DNA from: Thermoanaerobaculia bacterium
GTDB taxonomy: Bacteria > Acidobacteriota > Thermoanaerobaculia > Multivoradales > UBA5704
Assembly (NCBI GenBank): GCA_035536455.1
Contig: DATLOC010000053.1
Location: 135,478-199,477, forward strand
DNA: 64,000 nucleotides
Direction of reading: 5' to 3'
Part shown: positions 17,144 to 30,436 of the stretch, piece by piece
Layout of the letters: every line of letters begins with the position of its first letter
How positions within the stretch are numbered: position 1 is the stretch's first letter
Notes under the pieces: generated by a model
The model's database searches: none
What the model was told of the DNA's origin: nothing
What the model saw: the letters and a program-made list of their open reading frames with translations, nothing else
Translations under genes and position numbers: made by a program

Positions 17144-19429
17144 GTGAAACGCATGAAAGCGGTTGGGATCAAGCAGCTGCAAGCCCTCGTCCTCGCTTGC
17201 GCCGCTTGGCTCGCCGTGGGCGCGGCACTCGCCGGCGCGGAGGAGGCGCTGGCCGCCGCCGAGGTGAGCGGCACCGCCGTCGGGCCCGGGGGCGAGCCGG
17301 CGGCGGGGGCGGTGGTCGCCGTCGTCGCCGCCCGGCGCAGCGAGCCGTCGGCGGTGGTGGTCGCCGGCGCCGGCGGGGCGTTCGCGGCGACGGTCCCCGC
17401 CGGCACCTACGCCCTGACCGCCACCCATCCGCAGTGGACGGCCGCCTGGTCGCCGCCGGCTGCCGTGAGCGGCAAGGTCGTTCGCGACCTGCGCCTCCTG
17501 GCGCCGGACGAGGGGGTCCTCCTCGAAGGCGACGTCCGCGACTCGACGGGGGCCGCCCTCGCCGGCGCGGAGGTGCACTGCATGCGCACCATCTCCAAGG
17601 GCGACCTCTTCGTCGGCCGCGCCGACGGCGCCGGGCGCTACGCGCTGCGCCTGCCGTCCTCGCCCTACTACGGCTGCCACGCGGCGGCCGACGGGCTGCG
17701 CTCGCCGCTTGTCGAGGTCGACGTCGACGTCGCCGCCGGAGCGGTACGGCGGGACCTGGTGATCCGCCGGCCGGCTCCCCCGCCGCAGGCAGTGGTGGAT
17801 TGGATCCGCGAGCAGGCGATCCCGCTGCTGACGACGCGCGCCGGGCACGGCTTCTCCGACCTGGCGCCCTTGCGCGACGTCGTCGGCGACGCCCGGGTGG
17901 TGGCCCTCGGCGAGGCCACCCACGGTACGCGCGAGTTCTTCCACCTCAAGCACCGCCTCTTCGAGTACCTCGTCGCCGAGCTCGGCTTCACCGTCTTCGC
18001 CATCGAGGCGAGCTGGCCGGAGTCCGAGGCGGTGGACGAGTACGTGCGGACGGGCCGGGGGAACCCCGCCGAGGCGCTCGCCGGGCTGTACATCTGGCCG
18101 TGGAACACCGAGGAGGTGCTCGACCTCATCCGCTGGATGCGGCAGTGGAACGCCGTGCCGGGGCACCGGCAGGTGCGCTTCTACGGCTTCGACGTCAAGG
18201 CCGCCGCGGTGGCGGCCGAGCGCCTGGCGGCGCGGCTCGGGCAGATCGATCCGGCGCTCGCGGCGGAGGCGGGGCCCGCCCTCGCCCGGCTCGCCGCGGC
18301 CGAGCGCGCCGCGCCCGAGCTCGCCGACGCCGACGAGGCGGAGTACCAGGCCGCCGTGGCCGGGGTGGCCGCGGTGCTGCCGCGGATCGCCGCGCGGCTG
18401 CCGCAGCCGGCGTCCGCCGCCGACCGGCAGGCGATCGTCGACCGGCACTACGTGCAGGTGCTCGAGCAGTACACGCGGCTGCGCGGCCCCGGGGGCGGCG
18501 GTCCGGTGCGCGACCGCGGCATGGCCGACAACGTGCGCTGGATCGCCGACGTCGCCGAGCCCGGGTCGCGCGTCGTCGTCTGGGCGCACAACTACCACGT
18601 CAACGTCTTCGCGGAGGGCTCGCTGCCCTGGATGGGCCACCACCTCGAGGCGGCGCTGGGTAAGGACTACCTGCCGGTGGGCTTCCTGTTCCACCACGGC
18701 TCGTTCCAGGCGATGGACCGCACCGGCGGCCCCCGCGGGCTCAAGGAGTTCACGGTCGGCCCACCCGCGGCAGGCACGCTCGAGGACACCTTCGAGCGCG
18801 CCGGCTGGCCGCTCTGCCTCCTCGACCTGCGCCGCCTGCCGGCGGAGGGCCCGGTCGCCGAGTGGCTCCGCGCCCCCCAGCTGTCGCGCGCCGTCGGCTC
18901 TTCTTTCAGCGGCGAAGCCGACATGGCGATGGAGCTGGTGCTGCCCGAGGTGTACGAGGCGGTGGTCTACGTCGAGGCGACGACGAGGGCCCGACCCAAC
19001 CCGCGGTGCAGCCGTAGGACGGGGCGGAGTTCACGTAGCGGGGCTCCGGGGGGTTCCCGGGAGGCGCGAGATGCGGAAGGAACGCTTGCGGATAAGGGAG
19101 CGCGACGTCCGGATAGATCCGCGAGCCGTCCGGATACATCCTCAGCGCGTCCGGATAGATCCGCGGGTCTTCCGGATCTATCCGCGGCGCTTCCGGATGG
19201 ATCTGCGGCGCTTCCGGATCTATCCGCGGGCGGTCCGGATACATCCTCGACGCTTCCGGATATATCCCCCGCGCTTCCGGATCTATCCGCCGCGCTTCCG
19301 GATACATCCGCAGGCCCTGGGGAGATGTCCGGAGGCCTCCCGGCGACCTCCGGAGAGGACGCGAAGAGGTCCTCGCCGCCGCCGGGCTCGTCACGCGGCG
19401 TCGTCAGCTTGCCCAGGAGGGTCCGATGA
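17144..19429 (+). CDS. secreted erythromycin-esterase-family (Ere) hydrolase with two N-terminal CarboxypepD_reg-like domains; the ORF continues in frame through tandem-repeat array A
   Basis: Signal peptide; LGEATHGTREFFHLKHRLFEYLV (Ere motif)...AVVYVEATTRARP; then a LPDLSAA-type heptad tail; stop in ATGA with the downstream ORF. Confidence 0.7.
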   Translation: MKRMKAVGIKQLQALVLACAAWLAVGAALAGAEEALAAAEVSGTAVGPGGEPAAGAVVAVVAARRSEPSAVVVAGAGGAFAATVPAGTYALTATHPQWTAAWSPPAAVSGKVVRDLRLLAPDEGVLLEGDVRDSTGAALAGAEVHCMRTISKGDLFVGRADGAGRYALRLPSSPYYGCHAAADGLRSPLVEVDVDVAAGAVRRDLVIRRPAPPPQAVVDWIREQAIPLLTTRAGHGFSDLAPLRDVVGDARVVALGEATHGTREFFHLKHRLFEYLVAELGFTVFAIEASWPESEAVDEYVRTGRGNPAEALAGLYIWPWNTEEVLDLIRWMRQWNAVPGHRQVRFYGFDVKAAAVAAERLAARLGQIDPALAAEAGPALARLAAAERAAPELADADEAEYQAAVAGVAAVLPRIAARLPQPASAADRQAIVDRHYVQVLEQYTRLRGPGGGGPVRDRGMADNVRWIADVAEPGSRVVVWAHNYHVNVFAEGSLPWMGHHLEAALGKDYLPVGFLFHHGSFQAMDRTGGPRGLKEFTVGPPAAGTLEDTFERAGWPLCLLDLRRLPAEGPVAEWLRAPQLSRAVGSSFSGEADMAMELVLPEVYEAVVYVEATTRARPNPRCSRRTGRSSRSGAPGGSREARDAEGTLADKGARRPDRSASRPDTSSARPDRSAGLPDLSAALPDGSAALPDLSAGGPDTSSTLPDISPALPDLSAALPDTSAGPGEMSGGLPATSGEDAKRSSPPPGSSRGVVSLPRRVR
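19083..19395. repeat. tandem array A: about 11 units of ~21 bp with consensus TCCGGAT-NN-ATCCGCGGCGCT (inverted-repeat core GGAT-NN-ATCC)
   Basis: Read directly: tccggatagatccgcgagccg / tccggatacatcctcagcgcg / tccggatctatccgcggcgct ... Paralogous to array B1. Confidence 0.85.
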
Positions 19430-19660
19430 AAGCCCGTCGTGTCGTCAAAGGCTGCGCCGTCGTGCCGCTGTTGGGCGTTCTCGGGATCGGCGCGCTGTTC
19501 GGCGCGCTCTGGCTGGAGCACCGGAGCAAGACGACGCTGCCGGCGCCCACCGGGCCCTTCGCGGTCGGCCGCGCGAGCTCGGTGTGGGCCGGCGGTCCGG
19601 GGACCGGGCGCGAGCTCGCGGTCTGGATCTGGTACCCGGCGGCGGCGGGCGATCTGATGC
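19426..19660 (+). pseudogene. N-terminal ~78-aa fragment of a PAF-acetylhydrolase/lipase-family alpha/beta hydrolase (truncated)
   Basis: GGAGGG RBS plus ATG. MKARRVVKGCAVVPLLGVLGIGALFG...PTGPFAVGRASSVW...RELAVWIWYPA, then the sequence degenerates. No continuation in any frame before the tyrosinase stop. Confidence 0.45.
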
Positions 19661-19832
19661 GGCTACGGCCGACTACCTGCCCGCTCCCCTGCGCGCGGAG
19701 ATCAAGCGCTCGCGCGGCGCGCAGATCAGCAAGTTCCTGACGCGAGACCTGTCGCGGGTGCGTGTGCACAGCACGCGGGACGCCGCCATGTCGCTGCGGC
19801 GGCGTTCATACCCGGTGGCGGTCCTGCGCGAA

Positions 19833-21281
19833 CTACTGCAGCTGTTCCTCGCGCCTCAGCTTGTCCTGCTCCTCCTTCGGCGGCTGCGGCATGGCGACAT
19901 CGACCGCAATGCTGATTTCACCGACGGTGACGTCGGCGCGCACCTCCGCGGGTAGCGAGCGACCCTGCACTTCGATGCCCGACACCGGCACGAACGTGAC
20001 CTGCAGCTTCGTCGGGTCGCCGGCGGCGCTGATGGCCTTGTCGATCGGGTAGACGAACTCGGCCGGGTGGTAGTGATCCCGCCGCGTCTTGACGCCGGCG
20101 CCGAACAGTCCGAGCACTCCCACGAAATAGGGGCCGGCCGGATCCGGCTTGAGCCCCGCCGGTCCGACATAGACTTCCCAGACGGCGCCGGGCTCTGTGC
20201 TGGCTTCAACCCCCTTCACTTGCAGGACCGCGGTCTGCCCGGGAGCCTTCGCGATTTCCAGAAGGCGCGCACCCATCGCCTTGTCCGCGGCTTCGGGGTA
20301 AAGCGGCAGGCTCACCGGCACCTTCGACAGCCTGAAGGGTTTCGCGATTCGCACGATCACCCTGATATCGAAAATCTCCGGGTCCCAGATGCGCGGGCAG
20401 TACTGCTCGACCTGCGCGGGCTCTCCTTCATAGACGTAGCTGAGCTGCCTGGCCGCGCGCAGAACTTCGCAGCTGGTCATCCTTACTTCCCGGCAGCACT
20501 CGTCGAAGAAAGTGAACGACGTATTGCGCCAGGCCGCATCGCCGAGCGGATTGCTCCGGCCGCCGCCTTGCGCCAGCCACAGGTTCCACTGTCGATCGAC
20601 GTTGGAATGGTGCGCCCAGAAAATGGGATCCTGCGCCGCCGAGCTCACGCAGCACATGTTGCCACTGACCGCGCCATGAACGCTGCCGTGCGGACCGTTG
20701 ATACCGGATTGCGCATTGTAGAAATCGAGGAGCAGGTTCGCGTTCGTAACCGCCGTCCCCAGGGACGTCGAGATCGAACCGGTGCCGTTGTTCATGGCGG
20801 CGTTGCGGCTCGGATCGTGCAGCGCGCTGCCGACGACGCGGAACGCGGGCGGCAACTGGCGCTGCGCGGGATTGGCCCAATCCCAGTAGGGAAGGGCCCA
20901 GTCGTGCATGCGGGAATACTTCCTGACGATTCGTTCGAACCAGTAGAGATACATTCTGTGCCACGACCAGAAGAACTTTGGATCGGTGTGGCAGGTGTTC
21001 CAGGCGGTCTGAACCGGCGTCAGCGTCGTGCCATGAATGGCCGCCTGGTACATCCAGCTGCAAGGATTGCTGGTCGGCAGCGCTCTCATCGCAACGATCG
21101 CGCGGCGGTAGCCCCTGAGAACCGGATCGCTCTCCGCCATCGTGAACGCGTTGCGCCGCACGGTGGGTCCGGCCGCATAGTCGGCGAGCGCAGGAATGCC
21201 GGTGAATGGTTGCGACATCGCTCCCAGCAGGGCGGCGGCGCCGGTCTTCAGAGCGTCGCGACGGTTGAATCGAATGGTCAT
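19833..21281 (-). CDS. tyrosinase (type-3 copper), Tat signal, with a C-terminal lid-like extension
   Basis: MTIRFNRRDALKTGAAALLGA. CuA region HGTT...FFWSWHRMYLYWFERIV. CuB region HGSVHGAVSG...DPIFWAHHSNVDRQWNLW. GGAGGG RBS. Confidence 0.85.
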   Translation of the reverse strand: MTIRFNRRDALKTGAAALLGAMSQPFTGIPALADYAAGPTVRRNAFTMAESDPVLRGYRRAIVAMRALPTSNPCSWMYQAAIHGTTLTPVQTAWNTCHTDPKFFWSWHRMYLYWFERIVRKYSRMHDWALPYWDWANPAQRQLPPAFRVVGSALHDPSRNAAMNNGTGSISTSLGTAVTNANLLLDFYNAQSGINGPHGSVHGAVSGNMCCVSSAAQDPIFWAHHSNVDRQWNLWLAQGGGRSNPLGDAAWRNTSFTFFDECCREVRMTSCEVLRAARQLSYVYEGEPAQVEQYCPRIWDPEIFDIRVIVRIAKPFRLSKVPVSLPLYPEAADKAMGARLLEIAKAPGQTAVLQVKGVEASTEPGAVWEVYVGPAGLKPDPAGPYFVGVLGLFGAGVKTRRDHYHPAEFVYPIDKAISAAGDPTKLQVTFVPVSGIEVQGRSLPAEVRADVTVGEISIAVDVAMPQPPKEEQDKLRREEQLQ

Positions 21282-21500
21282 GTGCGGGTTCCCTCCATCG
21301 AAGGCAGCGGATTGATTGGCGAGAGACGGGCGGGCGGCATCGAGGAGATCGCGTAGCGCCTGCGTCGCGGCAACGCGAAAAGAGCGAGCGACTGCAGACC
21401 TCGACTGGGTCATCTCCGTGTCCCCTGGTGTGCCATTCCATCGCCCGGGTGTTATTGCGCCGATAATAGTCCCGCGTTCGACTGGATCGCAAGTCGCTGG

Positions 21501-21578
21501 ATCCGCCCCTGGCGGCTCGCGAACGTGAGCCACCGTCATCTCGCGCCGACTCATCCGCTCCGTCCTACGGGCAGGTGA
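21501..21578. repeat. 78-bp element, copy 2 (~220 nt upstream of the tyrosinase start)
   Basis: See copy 1. Preceded by a possible degenerate remnant of the glutaminase 3' end (…IEKFTCP*). Confidence 0.8.
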
Positions 21579-21663
21579 ACTTCTCGATCACCCCACAGGC
21601 TGCCCAGAACAGGGCCGCCGCCATCCGCCGCTCGGGACTGGCAACACGCTGTTAGAGCACTAC

Positions 21664-21960
21664 CCGGATAAGGGAGCGCGACGTCCGGATCTATCCGCGA
21701 GCCGTCCGGATACATCCTCAGCGCGTCCGGATCGATCTGCGGGCCTTCCGGATCTATCCGCGGCGCTCCCGGATATCTCCCCAGGCGTTCCGGATACATC
21801 CTCGACGCTTCCGGATATGTCCCCCGCGCTTCCGGATACATCCTCAGGTGTTCCGGGCCTATCCTCAGGTCCTGGGGAGACGTCCGGAGGCCCTCCGGTG
21901 ACCCCGGAGAGGACACGCGGAGCTTCGGCGGCTGCCGGGTTCTCCTTTCGTTCGTTAGGG
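21664..21960. repeat. tandem array B1 (paralog of array A; TCCGGAT-NN-ATCC core, ~10 units)
   Basis: Same first unit ggataagggagcgcgacg and the same unit order as array A. Confidence 0.85.
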
Positions 21961-22019
21961 ATTGAAGGTGCGGACGCTCCGCGACGCCCGCCGAGCGCCG
22001 GCGACCGGCCGGCGCGCGG

Positions 22020-22300
22020 CGCCCAATGGCCTCCGGGAGGCGTGGAACGTCCTGCGGCGGCTTCGGAACCCTTTCCCGGAGCGTGGGAATGGATTGCGCG
22101 GGCCCGGGAACAGGTTGCGGAGCGCCGGGAATCCTTTCCGAGCGGCTCGGAATACGTTCCGCGGCGCGCGCAACTCGTTCCCGGCGTCGCGCAATCGATT
22201 CCCGGCACCGCGCAGGAGGTTCCGGAGGGCGCGCAGGAGGTTCCGAGGTCCCGGGAGGACATAGGGAGGCTCCACCGGGGCGTCTGAGGGTCGCACGGGG
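22020..22300. repeat. tandem array B2 (~12 units of ~21 bp, core GGAA-N4-TTCC)
   Basis: cggaaccctttcccggagcgt / gggaatcctttccgagcggct / cggaatacgttccgcggcgcg / caatcgattcccggcaccgcg ... Confidence 0.8.
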
Positions 22301-22329
22301 ACATTCCGGGGCTTCCGGCGGGCGTTACG

Positions 22330-22560
22330 CCACCTTCTCCAGGGGTTTGTGGGTCGTCGGAGGGAAATCTCGGACGCCCGGAGGGAGATCTCCGAGGGCG
22401 AGAGATAGATCTCCGGCTATGGAAGATGAGTTACGGCGGCTCCGCGAGAGATCCCGGGCGATGGCTGGTTCATCTGCGGAGCTCTGAGACAGGTCTCCAG
22501 GATCCGGAAATGAATCTCCGGCACCCCCGGATACATCTCGGACGGTCCGAGATAACTCGT
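22330..22560. repeat. tandem array B3 (~8 units of ~21-22 bp, core GAGATCTC/GGAGATCTCC)
   Basis: ggagggaaatctcggacgccc / ggagggagatctccgagggcg / agagatagatctccggctatg ... Confidence 0.75.
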
Positions 22561-22645
22561 GCGCCGCCGCGTGAAGCCCCTCCTTCACCTGCTTTTCCTT
22601 ACGCGACCTTCGCCAGGTGCTCCTTGGCGGGCGGGGGGACGGCCC

Positions 22646-23476
22646 CTAGCCAACGAGGAGAGACGCGGCGATCGCTCCGGCGGTGGCGACCAGGCAGAGG
22701 AGGGCGCCGACGGCGTGGTCGGTGCGCTCCGGCTTCAGCGGGTCGAGCCAGACGGCCGCGAGGTAGCCGCCGGCGAAGCCGCCGAGGTGGGCCCAGTTGT
22801 CCACCCGCGTCGCCACGAGGCCGTAGACGAAGAGCATCACCGCGTACCCCCAGGCCTGGGTGGTGAGGGCGCGGCTGCCGCCGCGGCGGCCGTAGCGCAC
22901 CAGCGCCCCGAGCAGGCCGAAGATCGCCGCCGACGCCCCTACCGTCACCCGCGCCCCGCCGAGGAAGGGGAAGAACGCCGCCACCGCGCTGCTGAGCAGG
23001 AACCCCGTGACGCTGGCGAGGGTGTAGAGGATCACCAGGCGGCCGGCGCCGTAAAACTCGGCGGTGAGCGGCGCGAGCTGGCGCAGCCAGAGCAGGTTGA
23101 AGAAGAGGTGGAGGAGGTCGCCGTGCAGCCAGCCGGCCGAGAGCGGAGTCCACCAGCGGCCGAGCTCGAAGACCAGGATCGAGCCGCTCGCCCCGAAGCG
23201 GGCGAGGGCCTCGGTGGTGGGCGGGAAGATGGAGAACGGGCCGCCCGCCGGCCCCGGCCCGCCGCCGGCGACGAGCGTGGCGGCGTAGAGGACGATGCAC
23301 CCCCCGAGCACCAGCTGCACGAACCCCAGGTCGCCGCCGAAGCGGCGCAGGGCCCCGGCGAAGCCCCACATCCCCGGCCGCAGCCGCCCGCAGTTGAAGC
23401 AGCGCTCGTCGGCGACGCCGACCAACCGGCCGCACGACGGGCAGACGACGGCGCCGGTGCGTTGGCGGCGGAGCAT
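22646..23476 (-). CDS. rhomboid-family intramembrane serine protease with an N-terminal zinc ribbon
   Basis: CPSCG...CFNCG; catalytic GASAAIFGLLGA (GxSG) and AHLGGFAGGYL (His). Confidence 0.8.
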   Translation of the reverse strand: MLRRQRTGAVVCPSCGRLVGVADERCFNCGRLRPGMWGFAGALRRFGGDLGFVQLVLGGCIVLYAATLVAGGGPGPAGGPFSIFPPTTEALARFGASGSILVFELGRWWTPLSAGWLHGDLLHLFFNLLWLRQLAPLTAEFYGAGRLVILYTLASVTGFLLSSAVAAFFPFLGGARVTVGASAAIFGLLGALVRYGRRGGSRALTTQAWGYAVMLFVYGLVATRVDNWAHLGGFAGGYLAAVWLDPLKPERTDHAVGALLCLVATAGAIAASLLVG

Positions 23477-23504
23477 GCGCCTACTCTAGAACGGCGCGGG
23501 GGAG

Positions 23505-26500
23505 CTACAGCGGCTCGGGCTGCGGTTGGGAGGCCGGCTCGCCGCCGGCGACCGGCCGCCGGCCGCGGCGGAGGGCGGCGACGACGGCGTCGCGGGCGTC
23601 GTCGAAGAGGGTGTAGAAGACCGGCACGACGAGGAGGGTCAGCAGGGTGGCGGTGGTCATGCCGCCGATCAGGGTGAAGCCGAAGCTGGTGTAGGAGAGG
23701 CCGATCGAGTTGGAGCCGCCGACGGTGAGCGGGACCATGCCGCCCATCGTGGTCAGCGCCGTCATCATGATCGGGCGGAACCGCCGCTCGGTGGCGAGGA
23801 GGAGGGCCTCGCGGCGCGGGTGCCCCTCTTCGCGCAGGCGGATCACGCAGTCGATCAGCACGATGCCGTTGTTGACCACGACGCCGATCAGCAGCACCGC
23901 GCCGACGAAGCCCAGGACGTCGAGGTCGAGGCCGGTCGCGGCGTGCATCCAGACGACGCCGATCGAGGCCAGCGGGATGGTGAGCACGATCGACAGCGGC
24001 AGGATGAAGCTCTCGAAGAGGAACCCCATCAGCAGGTAGACGAAGACGATCGACAGGAGCCCGGCGAAGAGGAGGTTCTTCATCTCCTCGTCGCCGCCGG
24101 CGCGCTCCGGCGGGGCGCCGAGCGAGATCCCCTCGGGCAGGTCGAGCACCGCGGCGAGGGACTCCAGCCGCTCGCGCGTCTCCTTCTCCTTGCCCTCTTG
24201 CATCTCGACGGTCACCGGCCGGGCGACGCGCTGGTCCTCGCGCTGGATGCGGCGGGAGGCGGGGAGGAAGCGAACGTCGGTGAGCGCGGCGAGGGGGACG
24301 ACCCCCGTCGCGGACGGCACCTCGAAGCTCGCCAGCTCCGAGAGGCTCTCGCGGTCCTCCTCCTCGAAGCGCACCCGCACCGGCACCTGGCGGCCGTCGC
24401 GCTGGTAGCGCGGCAGCGCCTGGCCGCGCAGCGCGTAGCCGACGACGCCGGCGATGACCTCGGGGTCGACGCCCTGGCGCTGGGCGCGGGCGCGGTCGAC
24501 GACCAGCGCCAGCTCGTCGGGCGGGCGCTCGCCGGCGCGGCGCACGCCGAGCACCCCCGGCACCTGCGCGAAGAGGGCCTCGAGCTCCTCCGCCGTCTCC
24601 TCCAGCGCCGCGGCGTTCTCGCCGTAGAGGGTGACGGCGTGCACGCCCTCCTCCTTCGCCTCGTCCTCGGCCTGGTCGCCGGTGAAGAGCTTGAAGCCGG
24701 GGCGCTCCGGCAGCGCCGCCATCACCCGCTCCGTGGCCTCACGCGACGTCACGCCGGCGGTGGCCGGCTGGGTGAACCAGCCCTCGATCTCGCCGTAGGT
24801 GGCACGGTGGAAGAGGAACCAGCCTTCCAGACCCAGCTCCTCCTTGAGCCCTTCGACCGTCTTCTCGGCCTGGAGGAACCAGGCCTCGGCCTCCTCCAGC
24901 GTCGTGTTGGCCGGCATCTCGACCGCGATCCCCCAGCCGCGCGCCTCGCTCTCCTGGGTGGGTGAGAACTTGACCCGCTGCTTCGCCACGGCGCCGGTCG
25001 CCGCCAGCACCAGGAGGAGCCCGAGCACCACGTCCAGCCGCCGCCCGAGGGCCACCGCCAGGAGCGCCGTGTAGCCGCGGTTCAGGCGCCCGAAGGTGCC
25101 CTCGTAGAGGCGGGCGAGGAGGACTTCGACGCGGCGCCAGGCCCGCCGGTGCCCCGGCTCCGGCGCGGCGCCGTTCTCGCGCTGCGCCGGCAGCGTCAGG
25201 TAGACGGCGAGCGGCACCGCCACCAGCGCCACGAGGAGCGAGGCCAAGAGCGCCACCGAGACCGGGATCGAGAGGCGGAGGAGGAAGAACTGCCCTTCGC
25301 CCTCGACCAGCGACACCGGCAGGAAGACCATGACGCTGGTGAGGGTCGCCAGGGTGATGGCGAGGGCGATCTCGCCGGCACCTTCGAGGCAGGCCTGCCG
25401 CCGCGGCACGCCCGCGAGGTGGAGGCGGTGGATGTTCTCGGCGACGACGATCGAGTTGTCCACGAGCATCCCGACCGAGATCATCAGGCCGAGGAGCGAC
25501 AGCACGTTGAGCGTCTCGCCGGCGAAGTACATGACGGTCAGGGCGAGGAGCAGCGAGAGCGGGATCGAGAGCGTGATGATGAGGGTCATCCGCAGCCGGC
25601 GGAGGAAGAAGAAGAGGACCGCGACGGCGATGGCGCCGCCGATGAAACCGCTGTCCACGACCTTCCGCAGCGACTCCAGGATCACGTCGCCCTGGTCGAA
25701 GAGCGGGATCATGCGCACCGTGCGCAGGCGCGGGTCGCGCTCCAGCCGCCCGACCAGGGCGCCGATCGAGCGCGCCACCTCCAGCGTGTTGGCGTCCCCC
25801 TCCTTGAGCACCACCACCGCCACCGCCGGCCGGCTCAGGGCCCGCGCCCGGTAGTTGCGCTCGGCCTCCTCGTAGCGCAGGGTGGCGATGTCGCCCAGCC
25901 GCACGGTCGGGGCGACCGGCCGGCGGGCGAGCGCTTCGAGGTCGGCGTAGCGGGCGACCGAGCGCAGGAGGAGCTTGTCGCCGCCGGCGCGCACGCTCCC
26001 CAAGGCGAGGGTGAAGTTGTCGGTGGCGAGCCGGCGGCCCAGCTCGTAGATGTTGAGCCCCGCCGCCTCGGTGCGGTCGCGGTCGAGCTCGATCAGGATC
26101 TCCTTCTCCTCCAGGCCGTCGGTCTCGACCGCGGCGACGCCGTCGATCCGCTGCAGCGGCAGGACGACGCCGTTCTGGATCAGGTTCCAGGCGTCGGTCA
26201 GCTCCGGATCGACCGCCAGGCCGAGGACGTAGACCGGCACGCCGCTCTCGTCGTGCTTGCGGATGAAGATGCGGTCGGCGTCGCGCGGCAGCCGGGCGCG
26301 CGCGCGCTGCACGCGGTCGCGCACCTCGCGGTAGGCGACGTCCATGTCGCTGCCCGGCTTGAAGGCGAGCCCGATGCGGCCGAAGCCGGGGACCGCGGTC
26401 GAGTCGAGCCGGTCGAGGCCGCGCACCGTCGCCAGCTCCTCCTCGAGCGGCAGGACGATCTTCTCCAGCACCTCCTCAGGCGGCGCGTCGGACCAGGGGA

Positions 26501-26668
26501 CGGAGACGCCGAGGTGCGGGGCGTTGAAGCCACGCGGCAGCAGCTCCAAGGGGATGGCGAGGGTCGCGACCAGCCCCACGACCACCGTGCTGGCGATGAA
26601 GACCAGGACGGTGATGCGGCGGTCGAGGGAGAGGCGCGGCAGCGCTTTCTCCCAGCGCGAGGGGGCGC

Positions 26669-26672
<4 letters not shown>
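23505..26672 (-). CDS. RND efflux transporter, inner-membrane subunit (second of two tandem paralogs, MdtC-like position)
   Basis: 12-TM HAE1-like sequence; GTG start in GTGA overlap with the upstream RND stop. The track ORF 23505..28547 is an over-extension. Confidence 0.8.

Positions 26673-30432
<3,760 letters not shown>

Positions 30433-30436
<4 letters not shown>

Noticed and set aside
17048-17144. Possible shared divergent promoter between the glutaminase and esterase genes
   Set aside because: Only ~95 bp and I could not recognise confident -35/-10 elements by eye in this GC-rich DNA, so it is left unannotated.
18906-19521. Minus-strand ORFs (18906..19394, 18967..19521, 21660..22304, 21955..22296, 22325..22588) encoding 'heptad-repeat proteins' (ADRSGSA, RNLLRAL, GDLSxxx)
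   Set aside because: They are frame artefacts of 21-bp DNA repeats. Paralogous arrays are not in a consistent frame and lack starts or RBS. Not fully excluded for array A on the plus strand.
19833-21554. Tyrosinase starting at MSRREMTVAHV... (full track ORF) rather than at MTIRFNRRDAL
   Set aside because: The Tat motif and the GGAGGG RBS sit at the internal ATG (21281). The upstream 90 codons include the duplicated 78-bp element and look non-coding.
19075-22560. CRISPR array interpretation of the 21-bp tandem repeats
   Set aside because: Units abut directly without unique spacers, carry internal palindromes of varying sequence, and no cas genes are present.
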